This document shows, piece by piece, positions 1 through 10,027 of a DNA stretch of 32,000 nt. Source of the DNA: Mycobacterium tuberculosis H37Rv (GTDB lineage: Bacteria; Actinomycetota; Actinomycetes; Mycobacteriales; Mycobacteriaceae); contig NC_000962.3 of assembly GCF_000195955.2 (NCBI RefSeq), positions 3,000,001 to 3,032,000 of the forward strand, written 5' to 3'. The position numbers and the translations under genes were made by a program. The notes beneath the pieces are model-generated. The model saw nothing but the letters and a program-made list of their open reading frames with translations. It was not told where the DNA came from and did not search any database. Every line of letters begins with the position of its first letter. Position 1 is the stretch's first letter.

Positions 1-111
1 CCCAGCATGCGGCCGCCGATCAAAAGGGCCGAACCACTTTGATAGCGTCGGTGGCCGGCGCGCCGGGAAGCCTGGTCGGCGACTCATTGTCATCCAACTC
101 CGGAGTTCGAT

Positions 112-609
112 ATGAAGGTAAACATCGACCCAACCGCGCCCACCTTTGCGACGTATCGTCGGGATATGCGTGCCGAGCAAATGGCGGAGGACTATCCCGT
201 CGTAAGCATCGATTCCGACGCGCTGGATGCTGCCCGCATGCTCGCAGAGCATCGTCTGCCTGGACTATTGGTCACCGCCGGAGCGGGCAAACAGTATGCG
301 GTACTCCCTGCCTCACAGGTCGTGCGCTTCATCGTGCCCCGCTATGTGCAAGACGATCCCTTACTGGCCGGTGTGCTCAACGAATCGACGGCCGACCGGT
401 GCGCCGAGAGATTGAGCGGCAAAAAGGTCCGCGACGTGTTGCCTGACCACCTGGTCGAGGTTCCCCCGGCTAACGCCGACGACACCATCATCGAGGTGGC
501 CGCGGTGATGGCACGGCTGCGCAGCCCATTGCTCGCGGTGGTCAAAGACGGCTCGCTGCTCGGGGTGGTCACCGCATCGCGCCTGCTTGCTGCGGCACTG
601 AAGACTTGA
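112..609 (+). CDS. CBS-domain-like conserved protein (Rv2683-like)
   Basis: 165-aa ORF; CBS-like pattern with C-terminal [26 protein letters not shown]; directly precedes arsA. Confidence 0.85.
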   Translation: MKVNIDPTAPTFATYRRDMRAEQMAEDYPVVSIDSDALDAARMLAEHRLPGLLVTAGAGKQYAVLPASQVVRFIVPRYVQDDPLLAGVLNESTADRCAERLSGKKVRDVLPDHLVEVPPANADDTIIEVAAVMARLRSPLLAVVKDGSLLGVVTASRLLAAALKT

Positions 610-613
610 CCTC

Positions 614-1903
614 GTGAGCGTCGTCGCGGTCACCATCTTCGTGGCGGCCTACGTTCTGATTGCCAGCGATCGCGTCAACAAGACGATGGTGGCGCTGACC
701 GGCGCGGCGGCCGTGGTCGTCCTACCAGTGATCACATCCCACGACATCTTCTATTCCCACGACACCGGAATCGACTGGGACGTCATTTTCTTGTTGGTGG
801 GCATGATGATCATCGTCGGAGTGCTGCGGCAGACGGGGGTGTTCGAATACACCGCGATCTGGGCCGCCAAGCGCGCCCGCGGCTCGCCGCTACGCATCAT
901 GATCCTGCTGGTATTGGTGAGCGCGTTGGCGTCAGCCTTGCTGGATAACGTCACCACGGTGTTGTTGATCGCGCCGGTCACGCTATTGGTGTGCGACCGG
1001 TTAAACATCAACACGACGTCGTTCCTGATGGCCGAAGTCTTCGCCTCCAACATTGGTGGCGCCGCGACGTTGGTGGGTGACCCGCCGAACATCATCGTGG
1101 CCAGCCGGGCGGGATTGACGTTCAACGACTTCATGCTGCACTTGACACCGCTGGTAGTCATTGTGCTGATCGCCCTCATCGCTGTGCTGCCCCGCCTGTT
1201 CGGCTCGATCACGGTCGAAGCCGATCGAATTGCCGATGTCATGGCGCTCGACGAGGGTGAAGCCATCCGCGACCGCGGACTGCTGGTCAAATGTGGCGCC
1301 GTGCTGGTGCTGGTGTTCGCGGCCTTCGTCGCCCATCCGGTGCTGCACATCCAGCCTTCTCTAGTGGCGCTGCTGGGCGCTGGGATGCTGATCGTGGTCT
1401 CGGGTCTGACGCGATCCGAGTATCTATCCAGCGTCGAGTGGGACACGCTGCTGTTTTTCGCCGGGCTGTTCATTATGGTCGGAGCGCTGGTCAAGACCGG
1501 TGTCGTCAACGATCTCGCGCGGGCAGCGACCCAGCTGACCGGCGGCAATATTGTGGCCACCGCGTTCCTAATCCTCGGCGTCTCCGCCCCGATCTCGGGA
1601 ATTATCGACAACATTCCCTACGTCGCCACGATGACGCCCCTCGTCGCGGAGCTGGTCGCGGTCATGGGGGGTCAACCCAGCACCGACACCCCCTGGTGGG
1701 CGCTGGCCCTGGGTGCCGACTTCGGCGGCAACCTGACCGCAATCGGCGCCAGCGCGAACGTCGTCATGCTCGGAATCGCCCGGCGCGCAGGAGCTCCCAT
1801 CTCGTTCTGGGAGTTCACCCGCAAAGGGGCGGTGGTCACGGCCGTCTCGATCGCGCTCGCGGCGATCTACCTGTGGTTGCGGTACTTCGTGTTGTTGCAC
1901 TGA
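614..1903 (+). CDS. arsA: ArsB/NhaD (CitM-like) family integral membrane transporter, annotated arsA in M. tuberculosis (Rv2684)
   Basis: 429-aa hydrophobic ORF, GTG start; motifs [21 protein letters not shown] and [20 protein letters not shown] are typical of this family. Confidence 0.93.
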   Translation: MSVVAVTIFVAAYVLIASDRVNKTMVALTGAAAVVVLPVITSHDIFYSHDTGIDWDVIFLLVGMMIIVGVLRQTGVFEYTAIWAAKRARGSPLRIMILLVLVSALASALLDNVTTVLLIAPVTLLVCDRLNINTTSFLMAEVFASNIGGAATLVGDPPNIIVASRAGLTFNDFMLHLTPLVVIVLIALIAVLPRLFGSITVEADRIADVMALDEGEAIRDRGLLVKCGAVLVLVFAAFVAHPVLHIQPSLVALLGAGMLIVVSGLTRSEYLSSVEWDTLLFFAGLFIMVGALVKTGVVNDLARAATQLTGGNIVATAFLILGVSAPISGIIDNIPYVATMTPLVAELVAVMGGQPSTDTPWWALALGADFGGNLTAIGASANVVMLGIARRAGAPISFWEFTRKGAVVTAVSIALAAIYLWLRYFVLLH

Positions 1904-1982
1904 CCATCTGTATTGCCGACAGACCTGTAGCACCAGACGACGCCGCGATGAGCGGCCTACGAGAAGATTCGGAGGATGGCCG

Positions 1983-3269
1983 ATGAGCATCATCGCCATC
2001 ACGGTGTTCGTAGCCGGCTATGCACTTATCGCAAGCGACCGAGTCAGCAAGACCCGGGTGGCACTGACGTGCGCGGCGATCATGGTCGGCGCCGGGATCG
2101 TCGGATCGGACGACGTGTTCTACTCGCACGAAGCCGGAATCGATTGGGACGTCATCTTTCTGCTCTTGGGCATGATGATCATCGTCAGCGTGCTTCGGCA
2201 CACCGGCGTCTTCGAATACGTCGCGATTTGGGCCGTCAAACGCGCAAACGCCGCGCCGTTGCGCATCATGATCCTGCTGGTGCTGGTGACCGCGCTGGGG
2301 TCGGCCCTGCTGGACAACGTCACCACGGTGTTGTTGATCGCGCCGGTGACGCTACTGGTATGTGATCGACTGGGGGTCAATTCCACGCCGTTTTTGGTGG
2401 CCGAAGTCTTCGCGTCCAATGTCGGCGGCGCGGCCACGCTGGTCGGCGACCCGCCGAACATCATCATCGCCAGCCGGGCGGGACTGACGTTCAACGACTT
2501 CCTGATCCACATGGCCCCGGCCGTGCTCGTCGTCATGATCGCCCTGATCGGTCTGCTGCCCTGGCTGCTGGGCTCCGTCACTGCCGAGCCCGACCGAGTT
2601 GCCGACGTGCTGTCGCTCAACGAGCGCGAAGCCATCCACGATCGCGGGCTGCTCATCAAGTGCGGTGTCGTCTTGGTGCTGGTGTTTGCGGCCTTCATCG
2701 CTCATCCGGTGCTGCACATCCAGCCGTCTCTGGTGGCGCTGCTGGGCGCCGGTGTGCTCGTACGGTTCTCGGGGCTGGAGCGATCCGACTACCTGTCCAG
2801 CGTCGAGTGGGACACCCTGCTGTTCTTCGCCGGGCTGTTCGTCATGGTGGGGGCCCTGGTGAAGACCGGTGTCGTCGAGCAACTGGCGCGGGCAGCAACC
2901 GAGCTGACCGGCGGCAACGAGTTACTCACAGTCGGTTTGATTCTCGGCATCTCGGCACCGGTGTCCGGCATCATCGACAACATCCCCTACGTCGCCACGA
3001 TGACGCCCATCGTGACCGAACTGGTCGCCGCGATGCCGGGCCACGTCCACCCCGACACGTTCTGGTGGGCACTGGCGCTAAGCGCCGACTTCGGCGGCAA
3101 CCTGACCGCCGTGGCAGCCAGCGCCAATGTCGTCATGCTCGGAATCGCCCGGCGCTCGGGCACTCCCATCTCGTTCTGGAAGTTCACCCGCAAGGGCGCG
3201 GTGGTGACCGCGGTCTCGCTCGTGTTGTCGGCGGTCTACCTGTGGCTGCGGTACTTCGTGTTCGGCTAA
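1983..3269 (+). CDS. arsB1: ArsB/NhaD family integral membrane transporter, paralogue of the upstream gene (Rv2685)
   Basis: 428-aa ORF, highly similar along its full length to the 614..1903 product. Confidence 0.93.
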   Translation: MSIIAITVFVAGYALIASDRVSKTRVALTCAAIMVGAGIVGSDDVFYSHEAGIDWDVIFLLLGMMIIVSVLRHTGVFEYVAIWAVKRANAAPLRIMILLVLVTALGSALLDNVTTVLLIAPVTLLVCDRLGVNSTPFLVAEVFASNVGGAATLVGDPPNIIIASRAGLTFNDFLIHMAPAVLVVMIALIGLLPWLLGSVTAEPDRVADVLSLNEREAIHDRGLLIKCGVVLVLVFAAFIAHPVLHIQPSLVALLGAGVLVRFSGLERSDYLSSVEWDTLLFFAGLFVMVGALVKTGVVEQLARAATELTGGNELLTVGLILGISAPVSGIIDNIPYVATMTPIVTELVAAMPGHVHPDTFWWALALSADFGGNLTAVAASANVVMLGIARRSGTPISFWKFTRKGAVVTAVSLVLSAVYLWLRYFVFG

Positions 3270-3279
3270 GCGCCAACGC

Positions 3280-4038
3280 TCACGCGTGCTTAGCGCGAAA
3301 GCGCCGAAACAGCACCCAGACGATGGCCAGGTTGTAGACGGCACCCCCGACGAGATACGGCCACCAGGTGCCGTGATCGCTGGCGACCCAAAATGCCTTG
3401 GCAGCCCAGTACGGTGGTAAGACGCCGAACGCGAGGTTCCAGTTGGAACTGATGAACCACGGCAGGCAGGGCAGCCCGGCGATGAGCATGCCCAGCGCAC
3501 GGACCATCGCCAGGCCCTGAATCTTGTTGTTCGCCACCGCAAGAATCAGCAGCAGCGTGACCACCGCCGACAGGCCGGCCACCAGTCCGATGGGAATCAG
3601 TGAAGACACCAGGCCCGGTTCGAGGATCCCGCTGCACGACATCGTCGCGACGACGTAGATGGTGGTCACCACCATCACGGTGGCCGCACGATAGCCGAAA
3701 AAGACCGACAGCGGCACCGGGGTTACTCGCAGCGCCGTCATCGTGCCCGCGTCTACGTCGTCCAGCACCAAGAACGCGGCCAGCGCACCGGCGACGATGA
3801 TGCTGGTCAACAACAGGAACGCGGTGAGGATCAGTGGGTAGTATCCGACCAGGTCGAATCCATAACGCCGCGCCAGCATCTCGGTGAACAGCGGCGTGAG
3901 CAGCGCGACTCCGGTGGTCCAGATGACCGGTGCGATGACGAGCATGACCAGCAGCGGATCGCGGTAGGTGCCTCGAATGTCGTTGCGGCCGAACGCGGCC
4001 AACGCCCGTGGGCCCGCAAGGCTCGATATCGCTCTCAC
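3280..4038 (-). CDS. ABC-2 type transporter permease (Rv2686c-like)
   Basis: Reverse-strand reading VRAISSLAGPRALAAFGRNDIRG...VLFRRFRAKHA; stop at 3280-3282, GTG start at 4036-4038 overlapping the upstream stop (GTGA). The track lists 3280..4302 as '+', but the protein shown is minus-strand. Confidence 0.92.
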   Translation of the reverse strand: MRAISSLAGPRALAAFGRNDIRGTYRDPLLVMLVIAPVIWTTGVALLTPLFTEMLARRYGFDLVGYYPLILTAFLLLTSIIVAGALAAFLVLDDVDAGTMTALRVTPVPLSVFFGYRAATVMVVTTIYVVATMSCSGILEPGLVSSLIPIGLVAGLSAVVTLLLILAVANNKIQGLAMVRALGMLIAGLPCLPWFISSNWNLAFGVLPPYWAAKAFWVASDHGTWWPYLVGGAVYNLAIVWVLFRRFRAKHA

Positions 4039-4748
4039 AGCACACCCGATCTTTGCACGACATAACGGCCGAATAGCGCCTTGGCCGCCCGGCACAATCC
4101 CGCCGCACACACGATTGGGTAGACCACCGCATACCCGACCTGCCAGGGCGCCAAGCTCACCTGATCGAACGCCGCGCCGAGCAAGAGCAGCGGCCCCTGG
4201 GTGGGGATGAGGTAAAGCACCGGGTTGGGCCACAGGCCGGAGTAGTGCACCACCGGCGGCGCCAGCATGATCGCGAGCGGGATGACCGCCGCCAGGAACC
4301 AATCGGTCACCGAGGCGAACGGCAACGAGGAACTGAAGCCGACCAGCAGCATCAGCAGTGTGCCCAGCACGATGCCGGCCACCAGCGGCAGCAGGTGGTA
4401 ACCAAGCCCGTGAACGATGGTGGCCACGACAACCGCAACGAACAGCGAGATCGCCAGCAGCACAGTTAGTTTGGCAGCCAGGTACTCCCAGAACCGCAGC
4501 GGCGTCGAGACGATCGCGCCGATCGTGCGCTCCTGCTTCTCGAAGAACACGGTCCCGCCGACGAAGAAGAACCCGATGATCGCGATATCACCCACCAGGA
4601 CATAGGGTTCGGCGACCGGGCGCAGGCTGACCGGCATCGGCAGCAGCACTGCCAGCCAAATCAGTCCGGAGAAAACGGCGGCATGCAAGAACTTCTGCCG
4701 CACCTGTAGCGTCAGCTCGAGCCGCAGCGCAGGCACCAACCGGGTCAT
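4035..4748 (-). CDS. ABC-2 type transporter permease (Rv2687c-like)
   Basis: 237-aa hydrophobic ORF; 4-bp overlaps with both neighbours. Confidence 0.92.
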   Translation of the reverse strand: MTRLVPALRLELTLQVRQKFLHAAVFSGLIWLAVLLPMPVSLRPVAEPYVLVGDIAIIGFFFVGGTVFFEKQERTIGAIVSTPLRFWEYLAAKLTVLLAISLFVAVVVATIVHGLGYHLLPLVAGIVLGTLLMLLVGFSSSLPFASVTDWFLAAVIPLAIMLAPPVVHYSGLWPNPVLYLIPTQGPLLLLGAAFDQVSLAPWQVGYAVVYPIVCAAGLCRAAKALFGRYVVQRSGVL

Positions 4749-5650
4749 GTCAGCTGCCTGCCGGTGACCTCGACGAAGACATCGTCGAGGCTGGCCTCGC
4801 GGCTATGAATGGTCTCGACGTGGTGGTTTCGCAGCACGGAGTGGAACGCCGGGTCGTCGGCAAGGCCGTCCATGCCGAACTCGGCGGTCTCGAGTCCCCC
4901 GCCGTCGCCCCGGTATTCCACCCGCACCCGCCGCCGGCTGCGAGCGATCTTCAGTTCGGTGGGACTGTCCAGTGCGACGATCCTGCCGTCGACGACGAAC
5001 GCCACCCGGTCGCACAGCTCGTCGGCGGTGGCCATGTCGTGCGTGGTGAGAAAGATCGTGCGGCCGCGCGCCTTCAGGTCCACGATGATGTCCTTGATCT
5101 TGCGGGCGTTCACCGGGTCCAGCCCGGAGGTGGGCTCGTCGAGGAACAGCAGCTCCGGGTCGTTGATCAGCGACCTGGCGAAGGGCAGCCGCATCTGCAT
5201 GCCCTTGGAGTACTTGCCCACTAGGGTGTGGGCGTCATCGGCCAGGCCGACGGCGGCCAGCAGCTGCATCGGGTCGGCCGTCGCGCCGGCGTACAGCGAG
5301 GCGAAGAAGCGCAGGTTCTCATACCCGGTGAGCTTTTGGTAGTGGTTGGGCAGCTCGAAGGAGACCCCGATGCGCTCGTAGTAATCGGGTCCCCACTCGG
5401 CCGGCTCTTTGTCCCACACCGTGGCCTGGCCGCCGTGGTCGCGCAGCAGCCCGATGAGAAGCTTCTGGGTGGTGGACTTGCCCGCGCCGCTGGGACCTAG
5501 AAGCCCGAAGATTTCGCCGCGGCCGACGGTGAACTCCATGCCACGCACCGCCGGCTCGGCCGCCTTTGGGTAGCGGAAGGTGAGCCCGCGCACGCGGATC
5601 ACCTCGGTTCCCACACGCGCCGATGCCACAGCACGGTTGAGCGCCGTCAT
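4745..5650 (-). CDS. ABC transporter ATP-binding protein (Rv2688c-like; operon reported as a fluoroquinolone exporter)
   Basis: Walker A GLLGPSGAGKST, signature YSKGMQMRL, Walker B LLFLDEPTSGLDP. ORF open to 5695; start chosen at MTALNRAV. Confidence 0.95.
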   Translation of the reverse strand: MTALNRAVASARVGTEVIRVRGLTFRYPKAAEPAVRGMEFTVGRGEIFGLLGPSGAGKSTTQKLLIGLLRDHGGQATVWDKEPAEWGPDYYERIGVSFELPNHYQKLTGYENLRFFASLYAGATADPMQLLAAVGLADDAHTLVGKYSKGMQMRLPFARSLINDPELLFLDEPTSGLDPVNARKIKDIIVDLKARGRTIFLTTHDMATADELCDRVAFVVDGRIVALDSPTELKIARSRRRVRVEYRGDGGGLETAEFGMDGLADDPAFHSVLRNHHVETIHSREASLDDVFVEVTGRQLT

Positions 5651-5844
5651 GATTGGCTCCGTTCCCTTTCGGGCGAGCGCGGTGCGCCGGCTCATCCAAG
5701 TAACCAGAAAGTCACCGCGCCAATGCTGATACCTGGTTCCGACCAGTCTTCCCGGAGCGCCAACCCAAGACTACTAGCTGCGCTGCTGTATACGGAGCAA
5801 CCCACGACGACCACGGGCGAGCTGGTCGAGCAGCTGCATGACCT

Positions 5845-7062
5845 CTACACCTTTCGGGTCAACAGCGCAACGCACTCGACGTAGTGAGTCAGCGGGAACG
5901 CGTCGAACACCTTGATCTTCTCCACGGCGTAACCGTGACCACGGTAGAGGCCGATATCGCGCGCGAAAGACGCCGCTTCGCAACCGATATGTATCAACCG
6001 TGGCACCCCCGCACCGGCCAGCAAGTCGACAACCTCGCGCCCAGCGCCTGATCGCGGTGGATCCAGCACCGCCAGATCCGCGCCGGCGGGTTGCACTGCC
6101 AACACCCGCCGCACCGAACCGGTGACGACCTCCACCTGGGGCAAATCGACCAGCGCGGCACGTGCGGCCCCGGATGCCAGGCGCGAAGTGTCGACGGTCA
6201 ACACCCGTCCGGACTCCCCGACCGCCTCACCCAGCACCGCAGCGAAAACCCCCGCACCACCGTAGAGATCCCAGGCGGTCATGCCGGGGGCGGGCTGAGC
6301 CCAGTCAGCGATCAGATCGCTGTAGACCGCCGCCGCGTCGCGATGCGCCTGCCAAAAGGCCGTTACCGGCACCCGCCAGCTGCGCCGGTGCACACGCTGG
6401 TGGGCGTGGTAGGCGCCCTCCACCACGTTGGTCACGGTTCGGGTCCTATTCCGAGGGCCCTGCCGCACGGAACAGACCACATGGCGCTCGCCGTCGTCGT
6501 CCAGAGCCACGTAAAGCTGGGCTTCCGGCGGCCAGTCAGCCGCTACCAGGCCGTCTAGCATGCCGACAGGCAACTGCCCGCAGTCCAGGTCGGTTACCAG
6601 CTCGCCACTGTGGTAGCGGTGAAAACCTGGACGACGGTCTGCGCCCACGTCGAGCCGGACTCGAATACGCCAACCCGTGGGGCCGGCATCCGACAGCGGT
6701 TGCGCCTCGCCCTGCCAGCTGTGCCGCCCGAGCCGTTCCAGCTGGTTAGCCACAACTTGCGCCTTAAGTGTGCGGGCCGCCTCCGGAGCAGCAAACGCCA
6801 GATCGCAACACCCGGCGCCGTCGGCCCCGGCGATCGAACACAGCGACCCGATCCGGTCGGGCGACGGGTCGATCACCTCGAAAGCCTCTGCGTGCCAGTA
6901 AGAGCCACGTTGCGCGGTCACCCGCGCCCGCACTCGTTCACCGGGCAACGCATAGCGGACGAAAACCACCCGGCCCTCGTGGTGCGCCACGCAGCTACCG
7001 CCGTTCGCGGGCGCTCCGGTGACCAACGTCAGATTCACTGCATCGTCGCCGGCGCGGGTCAC
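5845..7062 (-). CDS. TrmA/RumA-family tRNA/rRNA (uracil-5-)methyltransferase with TRAM-like N-terminus (Rv2689c-like)
   Basis: GTG start at 7060-7062 gives 405 aa; motifs LYGGAGVFAAVLGE, VLDPPRSG, and C-terminal YFxECVALL-like HYVECVALLTRK. Alternative GTG start at 7036-7038. Confidence 0.88.
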   Translation of the reverse strand: MTRAGDDAVNLTLVTGAPANGGSCVAHHEGRVVFVRYALPGERVRARVTAQRGSYWHAEAFEVIDPSPDRIGSLCSIAGADGAGCCDLAFAAPEAARTLKAQVVANQLERLGRHSWQGEAQPLSDAGPTGWRIRVRLDVGADRRPGFHRYHSGELVTDLDCGQLPVGMLDGLVAADWPPEAQLYVALDDDGERHVVCSVRQGPRNRTRTVTNVVEGAYHAHQRVHRRSWRVPVTAFWQAHRDAAAVYSDLIADWAQPAPGMTAWDLYGGAGVFAAVLGEAVGESGRVLTVDTSRLASGAARAALVDLPQVEVVTGSVRRVLAVQPAGADLAVLDPPRSGAGREVVDLLAGAGVPRLIHIGCEAASFARDIGLYRGHGYAVEKIKVFDAFPLTHYVECVALLTRKV

Positions 7063-7220
7063 TGGCGCCGCTCCTCCCCATCGCTTTGCTCTGCATCGTC
7101 GCCGGCGCGGGTCACTGGCGCCGCTCCTCCCCATCGCTTTGCTCTGCATCGTCGCCGGCGCGGGTCACTGGCGCCGCTCCTCCCCATCGCTTTGCTCTGC
7201 ATCGTCGCCGGCGCGGGTCA
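7040..7220. repeat. Tandem 53-bp MIRU/VNTR array (MIRU27-like), 3 full units plus a 22-bp partial
   Basis: Identical units gcatcgtcgccggcgcgggtcactggcgccgctcctccccatcgctttgctct at 7040-7092, 7093-7145, 7146-7198; partial gcatcgtcgccggcgcgggtca at 7199-7220. Confidence 0.97.
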
Positions 7221-7235
7221 ATCGAAGATGCCCCG

Positions 7236-9209
7236 TCACGTGTCACCGGGAGCCGCGTGCGGCTGTAACGTCTTGATCCGCTCCGACGACGTCAGTTGCC
7301 AAGGCACCGAAGTCACCATCACGCCGGGCATGAACAGCAACCGGCCCTTGAGCCGCAGCGCACTCTGGTTGTGCAGCAGCTGTTCCCACCAGCGCCCCAC
7401 GACATACTCCGGAATGAATACCGTCACCACGGTCCGTGGCGATTCCTTGCTGACCCGCTTGACGTAATCGAGCACCGGCCGGGTGATCTCACGGTACGGC
7501 GAGGCGATGACCTTGAGTGGCACGCTCACATCGCTGTCCTGCCACTGGCGCACCAGCTCGCGGGTTTCCGCATCGTCGACGTTGACCGTCACGGCTTCCA
7601 ACACGTCGGGCCGGGTCGCTCGTGCGTAGGTCAACGCGCGCAACGTCGGCAGGTGCAGCTTCGACACCAGCACGACGGCGTGATTGCGGCTGGGCAACGT
7701 TATCTCGGCTTCCTCGGCCTGTTCCGCCAACTCCCGGTTGACGGCGTCATAGTGCCTGTGGATGAGCTTCATCATCATGAAGAACCCTCCCATGGCGACG
7801 ATCGCGATCCATGCTCCGGCAAGGAATTTCGTTACCAGCACGATGAGCAGGACGGTACCGGTGGACACGAAGCCGACCGTGTTAACCGCGCGGGAGCGCA
7901 GCATCGCGCGACGGGCGCGCGGATCGGTCTCGGCGCTCAGCAACCGGGTCCAGTGCCGGACCATGCCGACCTGACTCATGGTGAACGAGATGAACACACC
8001 GACGATGTACAGCTGGATCAGCGCGGTCAACTCGGCACGAAACGCGACCACCGCCCCGATCGCCGCCGCCGCCAGGAACAGGATTCCGTTGGAGAACGCC
8101 AGCCGGTCCCCACGGGTGTGCAACTGGCGCGGCAGATAGCTGTGCTGCGCCAGCACCGAGCCCAGCACCGGGAAGCCGTTGAAGGCGGTGTTAGCGGCCA
8201 ACACCAGGATCAGCGCTGTCACCGCGGCGATCAGCAAGAACCCCAGGTAAAAGCCCCCGAACACGGCCTGCGCCAGTTGTGCGACCAGCGTCTTTTGCTG
8301 ATAACCCGGCGGGGCGCCCGTCAGCTGGGTGTCCGGATCGTCGACGACCTGGACCCCGGTCTCTACGGCCAGCACGATCATGCCCATAAACATGCTCACC
8401 GCAATGATGCCCAGCATCAGCAGCGTGGTTGCCGCGTTACGCGACTTGGGCTTTTGAAACGCCGGCACCCCGTTGCTGATCGCCTCGACACCCGTCAGCG
8501 CCGCACACCCCGACGAAAACGAGCGCGCCACCAAGAACACCAGCGCGAAACCGACGATCTGGCCGTGCTCTGCGTGCATTTCAAAAGCCGCGGACTCGGC
8601 CCGAACCGGATTGCCCAGCACGAAAATCCGGAACAACCCCCACACGAGCATGGTGCCGATTCCGGCGATGAACGCATAGGTCGGGATCGCGAACGCCAAC
8701 CCGGATTCCCGAACCCCACGCAAGTTCATCGCCATGATCAGCACGATCGCGCCGACGGCAAACAACACCTTGTGCTCGTACACGAACGGGCTCACAGAGC
8801 CGATGTTGGACGCCGCCGACGATATCGAAACAGCAACGGTGAGAACGTAATCCACCATCAGGGCGCTGGCAACCACGAGACCGCCGGTAGCACCCAGGTT
8901 GGTGGTGACAACCTCGTAGTCGCCCCCACCGGAGGGGTAAGCGTGCACGTTCTGCCGGTAACTAGACACCACCACGAGCAGAACCGCGGCGACCGCCAGG
9001 CCGATCAACGGCGCCATCGAATAGGCCGCCAGGCCGGCCACCGAGAGCACCAGAAATATCTCCTCGGGGGCGTAGGCTATCGACGACATCGCATCCGAGG
9101 CGAACACCGGCAAGGCGATCCGCTTGGGCAACAAGGTGTGACTGAGCCGGTCACTGCGAAACGGCCGGCCGATCAGCAACCGACGCGCCGCGGTTGAAAG
9201 TTTGGACAC
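7236..9209 (-). CDS. APC-family amino acid permease-like integral membrane protein (Rv2690c-like)
   Basis: 657 aa from GTG at 9207-9209 (VSKLSTAARRLLIGRPFRSDRL); multiple transmembrane segments; ORF open to 9326. Confidence 0.9.
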   Translation of the reverse strand: MSKLSTAARRLLIGRPFRSDRLSHTLLPKRIALPVFASDAMSSIAYAPEEIFLVLSVAGLAAYSMAPLIGLAVAAVLLVVVSSYRQNVHAYPSGGGDYEVVTTNLGATGGLVVASALMVDYVLTVAVSISSAASNIGSVSPFVYEHKVLFAVGAIVLIMAMNLRGVRESGLAFAIPTYAFIAGIGTMLVWGLFRIFVLGNPVRAESAAFEMHAEHGQIVGFALVFLVARSFSSGCAALTGVEAISNGVPAFQKPKSRNAATTLLMLGIIAVSMFMGMIVLAVETGVQVVDDPDTQLTGAPPGYQQKTLVAQLAQAVFGGFYLGFLLIAAVTALILVLAANTAFNGFPVLGSVLAQHSYLPRQLHTRGDRLAFSNGILFLAAAAIGAVVAFRAELTALIQLYIVGVFISFTMSQVGMVRHWTRLLSAETDPRARRAMLRSRAVNTVGFVSTGTVLLIVLVTKFLAGAWIAIVAMGGFFMMMKLIHRHYDAVNRELAEQAEEAEITLPSRNHAVVLVSKLHLPTLRALTYARATRPDVLEAVTVNVDDAETRELVRQWQDSDVSVPLKVIASPYREITRPVLDYVKRVSKESPRTVVTVFIPEYVVGRWWEQLLHNQSALRLKGRLLFMPGVMVTSVPWQLTSSERIKTLQPHAAPGDT

Positions 9210-9343
9210 GAGAGCCAAGGGTAGGCCTATCCGAGCGTGGCGGTAGCGTTCCCTAGACGAGAATGTTCGCCGACGTAAATCGGCTGGCCACCGCGGGTTG
9301 CCGATCGCGTACGGCGCACCGGACACAGCCGAGAGGACCTCTA

Positions 9344-10027
9344 ATGCGGGTGGTTGTGATGGGGTGCGGCCGGGTCGGGGCTTCGGTGGCCGACGGACTG
9401 TCCCGGATAGGCCATGAAGTCGCGATCATCGACCGTGACAGCGCCGCCTTCAATCGGCTCAGCCCGCAGTTTGCCGGCGAGCGGGTGTTGGGTCAGGGCT
9501 TCGACCGAGATGTGCTGCTGCGTGCGGGCATCCAGGGGGCCGACGCATTCGCCGCGGTGTCCTCCGGCGACAACTCCAACATCATCTCGGCGCGGTTGGC
9601 CCGGGAAACCTTCGGTGTGCCGCGCGTCGTCGCGCGGATCTATGATGCCAAGCGCGCCGAGGTCTATGAGCGACTCGGCATCCCCACCATTACCACCGTT
9701 CCCTGGACCACCGATCGGCTGCTCAACGCGCTAATGCAGGACACCGAAACCGCCAAGTGGCGCGATCCTACCGGTACCGTCGCGGTCGCCGAGGTCGTCT
9801 TACACGAAGACTGGGTGGGCCACCGGGCGACCGATCTTGAGCAGGCCACCGGCGCTCGGATTGCGTTTCTGATCCGATTCGGAACCGGTGTATTGCCGGA
9901 ACCGAAGACGGTCCTACAGGCCGGCGATAAGGTCTATATCGCTGCGATATCCGGCCGGGCCGCAGAGGCAGCGGCCATCGCAGCCTTGCCACCCAGTGAG
10001 GACTTCGAGTCGGGGGCTCGACGATGA
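9344..10027 (+). CDS. ceoB: TrkA-like NAD-binding potassium uptake regulator (Rv2691)
   Basis: MRVVVMGCGRVGASVADGLSRIGHEVAIID, a Rossmann TrkA-N motif; 227 aa. Confidence 0.94.
   Translation: MRVVVMGCGRVGASVADGLSRIGHEVAIIDRDSAAFNRLSPQFAGERVLGQGFDRDVLLRAGIQGADAFAAVSSGDNSNIISARLARETFGVPRVVARIYDAKRAEVYERLGIPTITTVPWTTDRLLNALMQDTETAKWRDPTGTVAVAEVVLHEDWVGHRATDLEQATGARIAFLIRFGTGVLPEPKTVLQAGDKVYIAAISGRAAEAAAIAALPPSEDFESGARR

Noticed and set aside
2987-3193. Small minus-strand ORFs inside the duplicated transporter genes
   Set aside because: The same out-of-frame reading appears in both paralogues because of their homology; it is not independent evidence of coding.
3280-4302. 340-aa ORF listed on the + strand
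   Set aside because: The protein matches the reverse complement (ends FRRFRAKHA with stop at 3280-3282), so the track strand is wrong. Residues before VRAISSLAG are the alternate-frame extension into the upstream permease gene.
3280-5650. Possible novel lantibiotic or self-immunity ABC system
   Set aside because: The ATPase plus two ABC-2 permeases match the known Rv2686c-Rv2688c exporter arrangement, with no precursor peptide or modification enzyme nearby.
6610-7467. 285-aa + strand ORF containing repeated GAGHWRRSSPSLCSASSPARV-like peptides
   Set aside because: The peptide repeats come from the 53-bp VNTR read antisense to two well-supported minus-strand genes; the rest is a GC-rich antisense ORF.
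7296-9197. 633-aa + strand ORF, the longest in the window
   Set aside because: It is antisense to the amino acid permease gene, His/Arg/Gln-rich with no recognisable domain, as expected of a codon-bias shadow ORF.
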